Shown here in pieces: positions 22,431-43,842 of a stretch of 64,000 nt of DNA. The DNA is from the human T2T-CHM13v2.0 reference genome, Homo sapiens: NCBI RefSeq assembly GCF_009914755.1, contig NC_060926.1; one strand, given 5' to 3'. Made by a program: the position numbers and the translations under genes. The notes under the pieces were generated by a model. That model ran no database searches, was not told the DNA's origin, and saw only the letters and a list, made by a program, of their open reading frames with translations. Numbering within the stretch: the stretch's first letter is position 1; every line of letters begins with the position of its first letter.

Positions 22431-23182
22431 TGTTTTATCTTTTTTTGTGATTTTTTGAGGTATTAGTATTACATTTTCTATGACCTCTGCAGTTAGTCTT
22501 CATTTCTTTTAGGAAGGATTCCATTTTTATGAAAAAACAATTTCATTGAAGCCAAACAGTAGTGAAAAGAGTGATATTTAAATATGAGTTGGTAAGTCGT
22601 TTTTGAATACACATATGGTTTAAAAATCTAAAATCTCTTGACACTTGATTAAATAGAGAGAGGGAGGAGAAGGATGGTCATAGAAAATGAATCTTGCCCT
22701 TGATGTGATGAGTATGGAATATTTAAGCCAAAATCTGTAGTCTCAAAGGATTTATTGATGTTTTATTGCCAGCCAGTCTTCTTCCCTGTTTAGAATGCTA
22801 TGTTTTTCTGCCAAACACTGAGGATACCTAATAGTTTCCTAAGTGTTTCTTCTGAATAATTAAGTGGATTATTTTCAGAGATAGACTCTTCTTTTAAGTA
22901 TTCTGGGGCTTTGTTTTTTTCCCTTGTTTTCTAGCATTTTGACATAGGTGCATATTATGTTTTTCTTTTTCTTTTTTAGCAAATGGGGAAATGAAGGCAC
23001 TGAGAAGATAAATAAACAAGTTTTTGTGTGCGTGATTTAAAGAGATAGTCTGACCATTCATGTAAAGTGTTCAGAACAGTATCTGGCCATAATAAATGTT
23101 CAATCAACATTAGCTATAACAATTATTATCAAATAAGATAAAATATGTGTAGAGTTTGCTATGCAGTAGAAATACAAAGTGA

Positions 23183-24711
23183 GGCTGAGTGTGGTGGCTC
23201 ACACTGGTGAACCACTTTGGGAGGCCAAGGTGGGAGGATAGCTTGAGCTCAGGAGTTCAAGGTCAGCCTGGGCAACATAGTGACACCTCGTCTCTATTAA
23301 ATAAATAAATAAATTAATTAATTAATTAAAAAATAAATAAATATAAAGTAAGCCACAAATGCAAGTTTGAATTGTCTAGTAATTACATTCAAAAAAGTAA
23401 AGAAACAGGCAAAATTAACTTAATAATATAGATATATTTTACCCAATATACCCAAAGTAATATCATTTCAACATGTAATCAATATAAACATTATTAATGA
23501 GATATTTTATAGGCTTCTTTTCGTGCTGTGTTGTAGCAGTCTGATGTGTATTTTAAACTGATAGCACATCCAAATCTGAATGCAAATTTTTCATCAAATG
23601 TCTGTATTTAGATTTCATGAAATGTTCAGTTTTCACATCAATTTACATGCTCAAATTATTTCAAACATACTTCAAAAATTTTTCCAATAACTAAATCAAG
23701 TACCTAAAATAATTTTCCTTTAATATTTGCATCCACATGGAAAAAACTGATTCATGTTTTTTAAAAGAATTTCACTTCGAAGTGAAAAGGCTCTCGCTTT
23801 TAAAACTGCATCTTTCCAAGTTAAGTAAATTCACGAACTCTCTTGTCAATTCCATCTCTTGTTCTTTACTGTGCCAGCCGTGATGCTTCTGCCACTCCAC
23901 TCAATTGTACATCAGTAACGTGCCTTTGTTTTAAATCTTAAAACGTAGCTGGGTGCAGTGGCTCACGCCTGTAATCCCAGCACTTTGGGAGTCTGAGGTG
24001 GTAGGATCGCTTGAGCCCAGGAGTTCAAGACCAGCCTGGACAACATGGTGAGACCCCGTCTGTGACAGAGCAAGATGCTGTCTTAAAAAAAAAAAAAAAA
24101 AACTTAAAATGTGTCCATAGCTACTTTTTAACTAGAAAATAATTTAATTATGTTAAAATAACTCAAACTTGTGCTGTCTGTAAAACTTCTTCAAATAAAT
24201 ACATTAAAATATTGCATCAGTGCCTAGAAAAATATCAAAGTGAATAAATCTGTTGGCACCAACTAGATTAGTGATTACGTGTAATACTAGAAAAGATGCC
24301 ACATGCTTGACATGTGCCCTACACATACAATGGTTGAACAATGTAGCCCTACCAGAGCAATAAAGCTGTGTGTAATGGGGAAATATTTCATACTGCATCA
24401 ATTTCAAAATTTAAATATAATTAAAATGAAACAAAATTTAAAATTTAGTTTCTCAGTCTCTCTAGCCACTTTCAGTTGCTCAGAAACATGCAGCTGGTGG
24501 CACCATATTGGGGTATAGAGACAGTCTGTCAAAAGACAGGGTGAGGAGCCAGGCGAGGTGGCTCATGCCTGTAGCAACAGCTACTTGGGAGGCTGAGGTG
24601 GAGAATCACTGGACCCTAAAAGCTGGAGGCTGCACTGAGCTATGATAGTGCCACTGCACTCTAGCCTGGGTGACAGAGTGAGACCCCGTCTAGGGGAAAA
24701 AAAAAAAAAAA
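23183..24711. mobile_element. hAT-Charlie (Charlie5/MER33/MER3-like) relics interleaved with Alu monomers (~23183-23345, ~23948-24102, ~24547-24711)
   Basis: AAAAAGTAAAAGAAACAGG...TATCATTTCAACATGTAATCAATATAA...ATTAATGAGATATTTTA; MER3-like CTAGCCACTTTCAGTTGCTCA. Confidence 0.7.
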
Positions 24712-25154
24712 GACATAGTGAACAGAACACTTTAGTGCCACCACGTGCACCTTTCTGTGTTAGCATCAGCTTTACAGCAGAGGAGGGATTGTAATGGGCC
24801 TGGTCTAATTCCCAGTTGCTAGCTGGTTTTCCCTTTGTTCTTCTCTGCTTCTTTTTCTGTCACAAATGCCTGGTTCTCTGGGCAAAAATAAATAAATAAG
24901 TATGTATTTATGTATATTAAAAATATAACTCCTAGCATGGATTTCTGCTAGGGTGCTTCTCACTGATCATGCCTCGTTGAATCTACTCTGCCACCATGAT
25001 TCGCGCCCCAACACCTCTCGGCCTGCTTTGGATGAGGAGGGCCAGCTATGGGCCTACCTCACAGCTCCTCACCTCAGGGTAGGGTGTTCTGAATAGATCC
25101 CCACATCAGACAGAGCTGCTAGAGAGGCAGACCCCATCTCCCTATTGTCTCATA

Positions 25155-25212
25155 AACACACACACTCACTCACACACACTCACACACACTCATACTCACT
25201 CACACTCACATA
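25155..25212. repeat. (CA/CACT)n imperfect microsatellite
   Basis: ACACACACACTCACTCACACACACTCACACACACTCATACTCACTCACACTCACA. Confidence 0.85.
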
Positions 25213-25968
25213 CTCTTCATCCAGCTCCATCTGCCGTAAGTCCGTTTCACTTCCTCTCAGCTTCTAACATTATCTCATGACCATCCTAGTCTTTTCCATT
25301 GTGTCATGAGTTTCTCCCTTTTCTTCCCTGTGCCTTCACGAGAATCTTGAATGAGAAACTGGGAGCGGCTGCTGCATCAGAAATAGTAAGTTCCTCACGT
25401 GAATCAGAAATCCACTGTGGAAGAATTTTACAGTTCTGTTTTTGTGCTCTTCTGCCGGAATCAGCTGGAATTTTGGAAAGATGTGGGGACAGAACCCTGC
25501 CCTGGCCCAGAGAGGGAATGGCTGATCCAAGGGGAGGAGGAGTTGCCCACAGAGCTGGAACTTGATGACTTCGGGGCGCGGGAGGCCCCAGAACAAAGTG
25601 AGACTTTGAAGAGAGCAGTGCTTACTCTCTGCTCAGTTCCAGATCTCCGAGGTGGAGCCAGTTGAAATCTGTGTAGGAAACAAAGCTGCTTTTCTGGTTC
25701 ATCTGGAAAGAGAGGGCTTTTTGTTTTTTCCCCACGTGGGCAAATAGAGGTGGTGATGTTGTGTTTTTAGAGCCAGAAGGAAAGTTCTGGGCTGCATAAT
25801 GCCTATATTCCAGGCAAATAGAACCCAACAAGGAAAATGGTCTAGCTTTATCACTGACTCACTGCAAATCCCTTCCCTCCTGTACTTTAATTTATTCATT
25901 TTCTTTTTTTAAATGACAAACTGATATTATTTTTAATTTTTAAATACTTCAGTGACCACAGGACATAA

Positions 25969-26269
<301 letters not shown>

Positions 26270-26984
26270 TTAGTTTTTTTCTGACGTGGTCCTCTTCTTT
26301 TATCTCTAAGACTTATGATTGCTAAGACAACAAAAGATACCATCGTTACTGGCCAACCTTGGAATTTGGTCTTGGGAAATGGAGGCCTGTAGTTTGTAAC
26401 CCATAAGAAGAGACTGAAGGGGCCTAAGTGCAGATGAGAATCCCTGGTGATAGAACAGACAAGAACTGGAGATCAATGCCAATAGTTTGTGATGAACGTC
26501 TTGGGGTTCCTGTGTGATCAACCTGTTGGGATTTCTGTATTAGTTTCACACTCACCTGTAATAGTTTACCAATGGTGTTTCTGAAAGATGAACATGAAAT
26601 TAAGCGATCTTTCATGTTTCCTCGAGGGACTTTGATTCTAAAATAACTCTGAGAACAGATCAGGAAACATGATATAACCCTAACCATGCTTGACACATTT
26701 TCTCTTTAAATAACAGTTATACTTGAGGAGAGGATTTTACTCATGATGCTGTGCAAAAGCCACATGGATTCCACTGGTTTGGACTTTGCCTTAGAGTGGG
26801 CGTTGCTAAGTGATGGATAACAGCAGCGTGCTTCCCTGAGAGGCCACTGTGAGCCTCTTACTTAGGTTGAGAACTTGACCTCTTACTTAGGTTTTATACC
26901 ACCATAAAATGCACCCATCTTAAGTGGTTAGTTTGATGAGCCATCGTTTCTTTTAAGGAGTTAACATTTAAAATCAACTTTTAA

Positions 26985-28000
26985 AAATTGTGGTGAAATA
27001 AATATACATGAAATTTTACCATCTTAAACATTCTTAAATGTAACAGTTCAGTGACATTAAGTATATTCACATTGTTTTGCAACCATCACCACCATCCATT
27101 CACAGAACTCTTTTCATCTTGTAAAACTGAAACTCTGTACTATTTAGCTGTAACTCCCTCTTCCCTTTCCTCCAGCATTATCATTCTGCTTTCTGTCTCT
27201 ATGAATTTGACTACTTTGAGTACATATAAGTGGATTCATGTAGTATTCATCCTTTTGTGACTGGCTTATTTCACTTAGTGTCCTTAGGTTCATCAGTGTT
27301 ATAGCATGTGGCAGAATTTCCTTCCTCTGTAAGGTTGAATAATATTCCACTGTATATATTCCACTGTATATATGTGTATACACACACACACACACACACA
27401 CCACATTGTGTTTATCCATTTATCTGTTGAGGGACACTTGTTTTGCTTCCACTTTTGGCTATTGTGAGTAATGCTGCTGTGAACATGGATGTGCAAACAT
27501 TTCTTCGAGTTCCTGCTTCCTGTTCTTTTGGGTATATGTATACCTAGAAGTGGAATTGTTGGACCATATGGTAATTCTATTTTTAATTTGTTGAGGAACC
27601 ACCATACTGTTTTTACGGTGGCTGTACCATTTTACTTTCTTACCAGCAGTGTAGAAGGGTTCAAGTTTCTCCATATCTTCACCAACATTTGTTGTTTTCT
27701 GTTGTTCTGTTTTGAGTAGTAGCCATTCTAATGGGTATGAGTGGAGTTCAGTGAGTGTTGGCAGATGTATATATCCGGGTACACTACCCCAATCAAGGTA
27801 AAGAACATTTTCATCACCCCTTGATGTTGCCTCATGCTCCTCTACAGTTAGTATCCCTTCTGCCTCACCAGTGCCCCCAATCACTGGCCCCAGACAACCA
27901 CTTTTGCACTTTCTAGCACTACATATTAGCTTTGTTCGTTCTAGCGTTTCATGTAAATACTTTGTTTGGCTTCATTTAGCCAGAATAATGCTTTTGAGGC
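26985..28000 (-). mobile_element. Old L1 (L1MB/L1MC-like) 3' fragments
   Basis: GACATTAAGTATATTCACATTGTT...TGACTGGCTTATTTCACTTAG...TACCTAGAAGTGGAATTG...AGCCATTCTAATGGGTATGA. Confidence 0.85.
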
Positions 28001-30202
28001 TTATCTAAAACCCTAGTCTAAAATCAATTGTGGATGGAAAATAAACCGCAGTGTGACTGGAGTTCGATACTATGCTAATGGTTGGTTAGAGAATACCATG
28101 GGTCTCAGAAAGAAAGTGAGAGGAGGAGAGGGGGGCTGAGGAAGCAGGAGAGGGCCCTTCCTAGCAATGAGGCCTTCAGGAAGCCCAAAGAGCCATAGCA
28201 ATTAATGCCAGTCCTATGGCTTCGGGGGCAGCCAGTTCAATTAATCAGCAGGCATTTCTTGCAGGCCCGCTATGTGCAAGGCACTGCTAAAATTTAGAAA
28301 CAGGAAAGTAGAGGCCCAGGATGAGAATTTGGAGAGGGAAGATGCTGCCTTAGAATTCATACAACTGGATAATGCTTTTGTCAGAGGACAGACACACACA
28401 GAGGACCTTACGGACTTGGTGACCAAAAGAACCACAAAGGAATCTAGTTTGACTTGTTGGTAAATGTGAAAGCCTGAACTCTATACGCCACAGATGTTTT
28501 TCATGTGGGTAGATTTGGTAACCCCACCTTAAACAGCTCACTAAACAGGTAATGCTAGAATACTGTAGATGTGATAAAGATTACTTGGAGAGAACAGTAA
28601 TAGAAGAATAGCTAACATCTGTTGAGTACACAATGTCTGCACCATTCTAAGTACTTACGTGATGTAATAACTTGATTAATTTTTGCAGTTGTCTTATAAA
28701 GGAACTATTGTTATTAACTCTTTGTTACCCATGAGGAAACTGAGGCACAAGAGATTATACCTTGGCCCAAATCACCCAGTTAGAAAGTACCTTTAGGAGG
28801 ATTATAAACCCAGGTGGTTGTGCTCCAGGGCTCCAACCACTTTGTTATAGAGGAAGGATGGGGTGGTCATTGAAGGAGAAGTTTCCGTTTATCTGAATGG
28901 CCCATGATGTGAAATTAGCAACTAGGCCAGGAAGTTGGCTGCACCATAGTTAGACCTGTACTTTTCCTTTTTTTCTCATCAGAAGGGTGGCATAGATCAC
29001 CCATCCTAGGGTGAGCTTGTGTTGCCCACAGTGCCAGCACCTTCCAGACCTTGGGTCAGCTGACAGAACCTAACATGTTATTACCAAGCACACTGCCCAG
29101 AAGGCAAACCCATCACTCGCCTGTAGATAGGCCTGTTTCCTAGCTATAAAGTGGAGGGGTGGGTCTGATGCGCTCTAAAGTCTTTTCTACCCTAACAATC
29201 CAATCTGGGAGAAATGCACTCTTTCTGGGGGGCAAGAATTTCCCCTCTATTTCTACTCCCATTTTCTTTGCATGCTTATATTGTAGCCTTAGAATTACTC
29301 TCTCATGTATGGTTTACTTCACATTTTGATCTGAAACAGGGAAAATCAACCTTGAGTGATCAAAAGAAGGGTTGTGCCTTTAAGCCTGGAGGGGCGCTGC
29401 CTCCAAAAGCATAAGCAACTGCCATCCAGGGCTGGAAAAAACATGTTGCAGCTGTGCCAACTCCATCTGAGGCTTTGAATGAAAGCCCATAATGTTTTCA
29501 GTTTGTAGCAAAAGCTAGAAGAGCTATTTTTGGCATTCCTTTCTCTACTGGTATATACTGGATAGTCTTAATATTGCTGGTGCTAAAATAAACATAACCA
29601 GATGGGGTCATTATATCTAACCTGTTTCGACACTGGATTCAGATACCCCGAAGTCATGATGCATCAGTAGTCTCTGAAGCAGGCTGTACTTTGGGAACTT
29701 TGCTATTGTGGTTGGATCAGCCATGACCTCCCAACCTAAACACAGGATGCTGGGCCCTGTTTTAAGGGAGGGCCACAGAATGTGCTTGGGTGGAATCTTT
29801 ATGTCCCTTTTAGCTGGAGATGGCAAAACTCTGACCATGTGTCTGCCCAAAGAGACATATTACAGAGCCATGCCACGTTGTTCTCCCACCAGAAAGGCCG
29901 TATGGCTGAATTAGAGCGTGTGGGGATTAGAAATGCGCTGCTTTCTTGAAATGGCCACCAGCCTTGTACTAAACATGTTTGACCGGGGCCATCTGTCTGC
30001 CCGTCAAAAGTGTGGTCCAGTTTCCATCAGATAAGTCTGGAAGAGGACGGTTTTTGTTGTTGTTTTGTTTTTTGCATCCAGCTTGTTAAAAGATATGAAG
30101 AACGAGAAAGTTTTAGCTCAGCAAGAAATGTAACAATTTAAAGTTTTTATTCTGTCATGATTCTAAAAGCCTCTAGAATTGTCATCTGCCTTTTCACCTA
30201 AT

Positions 30203-30358
30203 TATACGCATATATACATACTCTTTATATATATACACTTTGTATATATTATGCATATTATGTAAATATATACATATGTACACATATATAATATTCATAT
30301 AATTATACACGTATACACATACTATATAGTATATGCGAGTATATATTATAGCATGTAT
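30203..30358. repeat. TA/CA-rich low-complexity tract
   Basis: Degenerate TATATACA-type repeats. Confidence 0.8.
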
Positions 30359-31095
30359 TCAGCATGGTATAATATAAAGGTCTCTAAAGACAGGCAGACC
30401 TATGAAAACATAGCTCTTATCACCTATTACTGAGTGACCTGGGGTACTATGCTTAACTTCTCTAAAACTTAAATTATCATGTCCAGTCCACTGGAAAATA
30501 ATAGGGCAAAATGATATAATAGTGACAAAACACATAAGCATTCAGTACAACTAGCTCAATAACTACTTATTTTAAAATAAAGTCCCTCTGGCTCTAGAGG
30601 ATGGAATAAGGAATACAAGGCCAGCTCTCCTGATGGTTACAGCTGCTTAGCAGTGGCAAAGCCTACCTGTGGAGGAGTGAGCGCAGGGCCAGAGAGAGGA
30701 TGACTGGAAGCTGGGAGAGGACCATTGAGAAAGGTCGTAAAGTCTTTACGGCAGGAAGTTCAACCACGTCATCTCCGTAGCTTCCAGGATTTTTTTAAAT
30801 GGCAGGTTACTCTTAAACCTACAAGGCATAGGGGATCATATACTGTCATGAAAGGTATACAGGCGGAAAGGAAAGTGTGCCGTTTAGTAAATCAAATGGT
30901 ACCTGACATGGGGCAGGCATTCAGATAATGTGTGTTGAATGAGTAGGTGAATGAACATGAAACATCAGTAAAACTGTCCTGTAAGTCCCATGATAGAAAT
31001 AATCAGCATTACTACCACATCAGCTTCTTGTTTCTCAGGTCACTGGACTGAGGGGAGGGAAATCCAAATAATTTGTCTGCAATTAAAAGGCAGAA

Positions 31096-36915
<5,820 letters not shown>

Positions 36916-37734
36916 AAAAGGAGCCCCCTTAATCACAGCGTTTACCATGACCTGGGTAACAGGCATATTCAGCAGACAAATACCCCGATGATCATCAAGC
37001 CAGTCCTCTGTGGTTTGCATATGAAGCACATCAGCTGCTTCATCAGGGGTATTCTACTTGGCATTTATAAGGGGAGAGGAACAGTCCCCCTTCTCAGGGT
37101 AAACAGACCTTAGTGTGGCTTTTGTCCAGTCCACCAGGCTGGATGTTCTCTCAGGAATAACCTCCTATGTGTCTGGACCACCTGAAACATCTGCGATTGC
37201 TCCATAGAGAGCTGTGGGTCCTGCATCAACCCAAACATGAATGCTAGCATTTTGAATACTCTGCAGTGTTCGAAACCTAAGACACTGTCACTCACTTAGT
37301 TACTCACACAACCCATTTGAATAAAGGTTCTTCAGGAAGTTTATGATACTGATCTACAAAATGAAATAACTTCTTCACACTATACCCTGTGGTTTCAATC
37401 GTTTCATGGTTTGCCTTCCACCCCACATAAACTGCCTTCTTGGTTACCAGAGTTCTTAGTGATATTGTCTAATCTCAGCATGATTTTGCCATTGGTGGGT
37501 GGCTTTGCAGTTACTGGCTAGAGCGCAGACTCACTGAAATCTGAGCTTGGTCTGACCCAGCACTCTCTTTTAATTTTATTTTATCTGTTACAGATAATAA
37601 CCAAGGGACTGAATATATTGCCTTTTCTTATTAGTTTGCATTTCCTTATGCTTCCAGTGAGCCAACACCTTGGGGTAGCTTTTACCTTTACTAACAGATC
37701 TCAGCATGGTATGCTACTCCGTACCATGAGTGGC

Positions 37735-38595
<861 letters not shown>

Positions 38596-38599
38596 ACCA

Positions 38600-39872
38600 T
38601 GTGGCCACCCAGGAATCAAAGTTTCTCATCCCCAACCCTTTTGTTCTTTCTCTTCCCAAACCACATATTTCTGCAAGCCAGGGCCATTCTAGCAAATCCC
38701 ACTTCTGACACCAATTGTATAGGAAAACAAACTATTTTTCCTTATACTTTAACACTTTTTCACTTCTAGCACCAGATGTGATGGGTGAGGGGGTGGGGTG
38801 GGGGTTCCCACATCAAGCATCAAGCAGTTCTTCAGTCTCTTTGGACACCAACTGGGTGTGCCACAATTTAACTAAATTCTGACACTATCAAGTTAGCACA
38901 GACCCCACTGGTTAAGGCAGGGGTGTCCAATCTTTCGGCTTCCCTGGGCCACATTGGAAGAAGAATAATTGTCTTGGACCACACATAAAATACACTAACA
39001 CTAACAATAGCTCATGAGAAAAAAAAATTGCAAAAAATCTCATAATGTTTTAATAAAGTTTATGAATTTGTGTTGAGCCAGATTCAAAGCTGTCCTGGGC
39101 CACATGTGGCCCACGAGCCACAGGTTGGACAAGCTTGGGTTAAGGGATCAGTCCCACAGTCCTCCGCCACTTCAGATGCCAGTGTCAAGTCCAGCTTGTC
39201 ACCTGTGCTTCTGATGGAATGGCTAGAAATCAGAGGTTCCCATGACCCCCTGTTGACTTTCATCATTTGCTAGAATGGCTCACAGGACTCAGGAAAACAG
39301 TTTACTTACTGGATTATCAGTTTATGATAAAGAGCTACAGATCAGGAACAGCCAAATGGAAGAATGCATAGGGTGGGGCACGTGGGGAGGGGCTCACAGC
39401 TTCCACGGCCTCTCCAGGCTCACGTCTTCCCAGCACCTCCATACGTTCACTAACCTGGAAGCTCTTCAAACCCTCCACTCCCTATTTCCCACTGTCCTTT
39501 GGGTTTTTACGGAGTCTTTGTTACATAGGCATGATTGATCCAATCATTGGCCATTGGTGATGAAATCAATCTCCAGCCCTTCTCTCCTCCCCTGAGGTGA
39601 GAGGTTGGGCTGAAAATTCCAACTCTTTAATCACAGAGTTTGTTTACCAGGGCAACCAGCCCCCCATCCTATAGTTATCTGGGGGCTTTCCAGACGTCCC
39701 CTCATTAACATGAACTCAGGTGCGGTTAACCGGGCTTGTTATGAATAACAAAAGATGCTCCTTTCACCCTTATTGTTCTTATCGCTTACAAAATTCCAAG
39801 GGATTTAGGAGTTATGTACCAGGAACAGGAGGAGAACAGGTGTATATCCCTTACTCTAAGTCACAATATTAT
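38600..39872. mobile_element. MER21-like LTR
   Basis: ACTTCTGACACCAA, GGACACCAACTGGGTGT, AATTCTGACACTATC, CACTTCAGATGCCA, GAGGTTCCCATGACCCC, GCTAGAATGGCTCACAG, TCACAATATTA. Confidence 0.8.
38918..39137 (+). mobile_element. MER30 hAT MITE nested in the MER21-like LTR
   Basis: CAGGGGTGTCCAATC...GGTTGGACAAGCTTG with a perfect 8-bp TSD GGTTAAGG (38910-38917, 39138-39145). Confidence 0.9.
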
Positions 39873-40141
39873 ATGGCCTGACTGCATCTTCATCTCATGC
39901 CACTCTTGCCCTTGTTCACAATGCTTTTGTCCATCCTTCAAACACAGTAAGCCAATTTCTGCTGCAGGGCCTTTGCACTGACTGCTCCAGCTACCTGAAA
40001 GAGTTCTCCTTCAGAATTTTGAACGGCTAGCCCCTTCCCTTCATTCAGGTCTTAGTTCAGATGTCAACTCAGAGATGCCTTCCGGATCGCCCTGCCCAGG
40101 CCAGCTTCTTCCTGGTAACCTGATCCTGTCATCCTCCATGT

Positions 40142-40455
40142 CAGGGGTCAGCAAATGTTTTCTGTGAAGGGCCAGATAATAAATATTCTTAGCTTCCTGG
40201 GCCACATGGTCTCTGTCACAACTACTCATTTCTGCTGTTGTAGCTTGAAAGTAGCCACAGACAAAATATAAACAAACACGTGTGACTGTTCCAATAAGTC
40301 TTCGAAGTTTGAATGTTGTACAATTTTCACATGTAATAAAATATCCCTTATTTGATTTTCTGGTCAATTATTTAAAAATATAAAGACATTCTTGGCTTGT
40401 AGGTTGTACAAAAGCAGGATTTCACCCATGAGCTACTGTGGTTTGCCGACCCTTG
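40142..40455. mobile_element. MER58-like hAT MITE (within an L2 relic)
   Basis: TIRs CAGGGGTCAGCAAA / TTTGCCGACCCTTG; GGGCCAGATAATAAATATT...GTCACAACTACTCA. Confidence 0.8.
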
Positions 40456-40766
40456 CTCTGTGCTATCATCCTGTTATATTTTCATCATCTCGCCGAAATC
40501 AGAAATTATCTTATTTATTCGTTCTAAAATTTGTTGTTGGTGGCAAAGAGGTTGAATAGAAGTTATAAGTAAGAGTTAAAAATATATTTTAAAATTGTCA
40601 AAGGGTTTTAGCAGCCTATGCTGGGCCTGTTAATATCAGAACTAATTAGAGTTAGCCAAGTTACAATGCATCTCTACAGTGGATACCAATACTGTCACCA
40701 AGTCAACTGTCTCTGGAGTCAGAAAAGGCCTGGTTGATGTATATCTGGCATTTAGAAAGTAAAGTT

Positions 40767-41488
<722 letters not shown>

Positions 41489-42359
41489 TTATGTTTGTTA
41501 AAGCTATTTGTCAAAAGATAAAGATGTCTAGTTATGTAAAAAATAAAATAAAATAAATAAATGTGTCGTCTATCTCTCCTGGTAGACTATAAATGCCTTG
41601 ACAGCAGGTTCATTGTCTTATCCACTGCATTATCTCTATCAGTGCCTGGAGAGGTGCTGTGAGAGGTCATGTAGGAACATTTGGTGATTGAATGAGTAAA
41701 TCTACACAGTCCATGAGTCACTACTTCTGATAAAGTCTTCCTTCCAGACATCCCCCATATATCATATTCCAGTGCCACACCCTGCCCAAGCTTTTGCCTC
41801 TACCCATCTGTTCCTGTAGCTGTCTCTCAAGCCTTCTTAACTCCTTCTCTCTCACTCCAGTCTCTCTCTTTCCAGTTTACCCTATAGTAAAGTACAGTAC
41901 CTTGTTAAAGCTTTTCTTTTATTATGGCATTTGTCTGCAAATAACAAAAAACTTTCCACAGTATTCCCATGACCTATGGTATTCTGTAGCCAGACTCCTC
42001 AGCCGGCCGTGCAAGGCCCATACCATTCAGTTCACTTTGGCTTTTCCAACCTTGTTTCTGAGCCTTCCCTGGAATGAGCCCTCTGCTGTCACTCCCGCAT
42101 TTCCTCATTATTCCTGAAACTGCAGCTCATTCCCACCTCTGTACCTTTGCTCAGGGTGTGTCCCAGGACTAGTTGGTTCTCCCCTTAGTTGAACCCCCAG
42201 GTAATAGGGGGTAAGTCGGCAATGAATGATGGGAAACAGGAAGAATGAAATTGGAAGGTAAAAAGCAAATGTGATCAAACAAGGCCTAAATGGTAATCAG
42301 GTGGGTTAAGAAGGACTTAGTTATCATCAAAAGGCACACTGCTTGGTCAGATTATCTAG

Positions 42360-43122
<763 letters not shown>

Positions 43123-43787
43123 CTAGACTACAGTGAAGACATTTCTTGCATTCTGAACAACTGAAAAAAATGTGTGATGATGATGAAAGAGGGGGTGCTG
43201 AAAACCGAGGACAAAGTTGAGTGTATAAGCCTGCAGCTTAAAGGGAAGAAAATCTTTAATCCTAGAATGGTGGCGGTGAAAATCGCCACTGGGAAACGAA
43301 AAGATTCTAATGTTGGTTGGGCTGCCGGCCTGTCATTACACACACACAAACACACTCACACAGATGCACACACAGAGGGGAGGCTGGTATGCTGTACTTT
43401 CCTCTGATGCAGTTGGATTATCTCTTTTCTCAAAGGGGGAACCTCTTCTGATCTGCTGTAACATTCAGTTCAGAATCTGTGTCCAGCTTGAGTACAAGTA
43501 TTGGTACTTAACCTAACAAAACAATAGGAATCCTTTCTGTAGTGTGTATCTCCAAACAGAAGAACAGGTGGGAAAATATTTTACCAGTGTGATAAAGTTG
43601 ACTTTTTTTAACAGTTTCTCTAATTAGCCCATTCCTTGTATCTTTGGCTAATCAGTAACTGGCCTTTTGATTAAGTTGGGTGTCATTTCCTCATGGCTTA
43701 GCTTCATGCAAACTGCAAGTTATCCTGATTAATGATTTTAATGCCATTTCCTTCATCACAGTAATTTCCCCTCTGCTTTTATCACAG

Positions 43788-43842
43788 AAGAACTTCTGCT
43801 TGGGTGGCTGAACTCTGATCTTGACCTAGAGTCATGGCCATG
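43788..43842 (+). other. ANXA4: ANXA4 exon 2 (46 nt 5'UTR + 9 nt CDS)
   Basis: Polypyrimidine tract ending TTTTATCACAG (AG 43786-43787); the exon ends GTCATGGCCATG and is followed by a consensus donor GTAAGT at 43843. Confidence 0.9.
43834..43842 (+). CDS. ANXA4: Annexin A4, first coding segment (Met-Ala-Met), phase-0 intron follows
   Basis: ATG GCC ATG|gtaagt splices in frame to exon 3, giving [17 protein letters not shown], the annexin A4 N-terminus. Confidence 0.9.
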
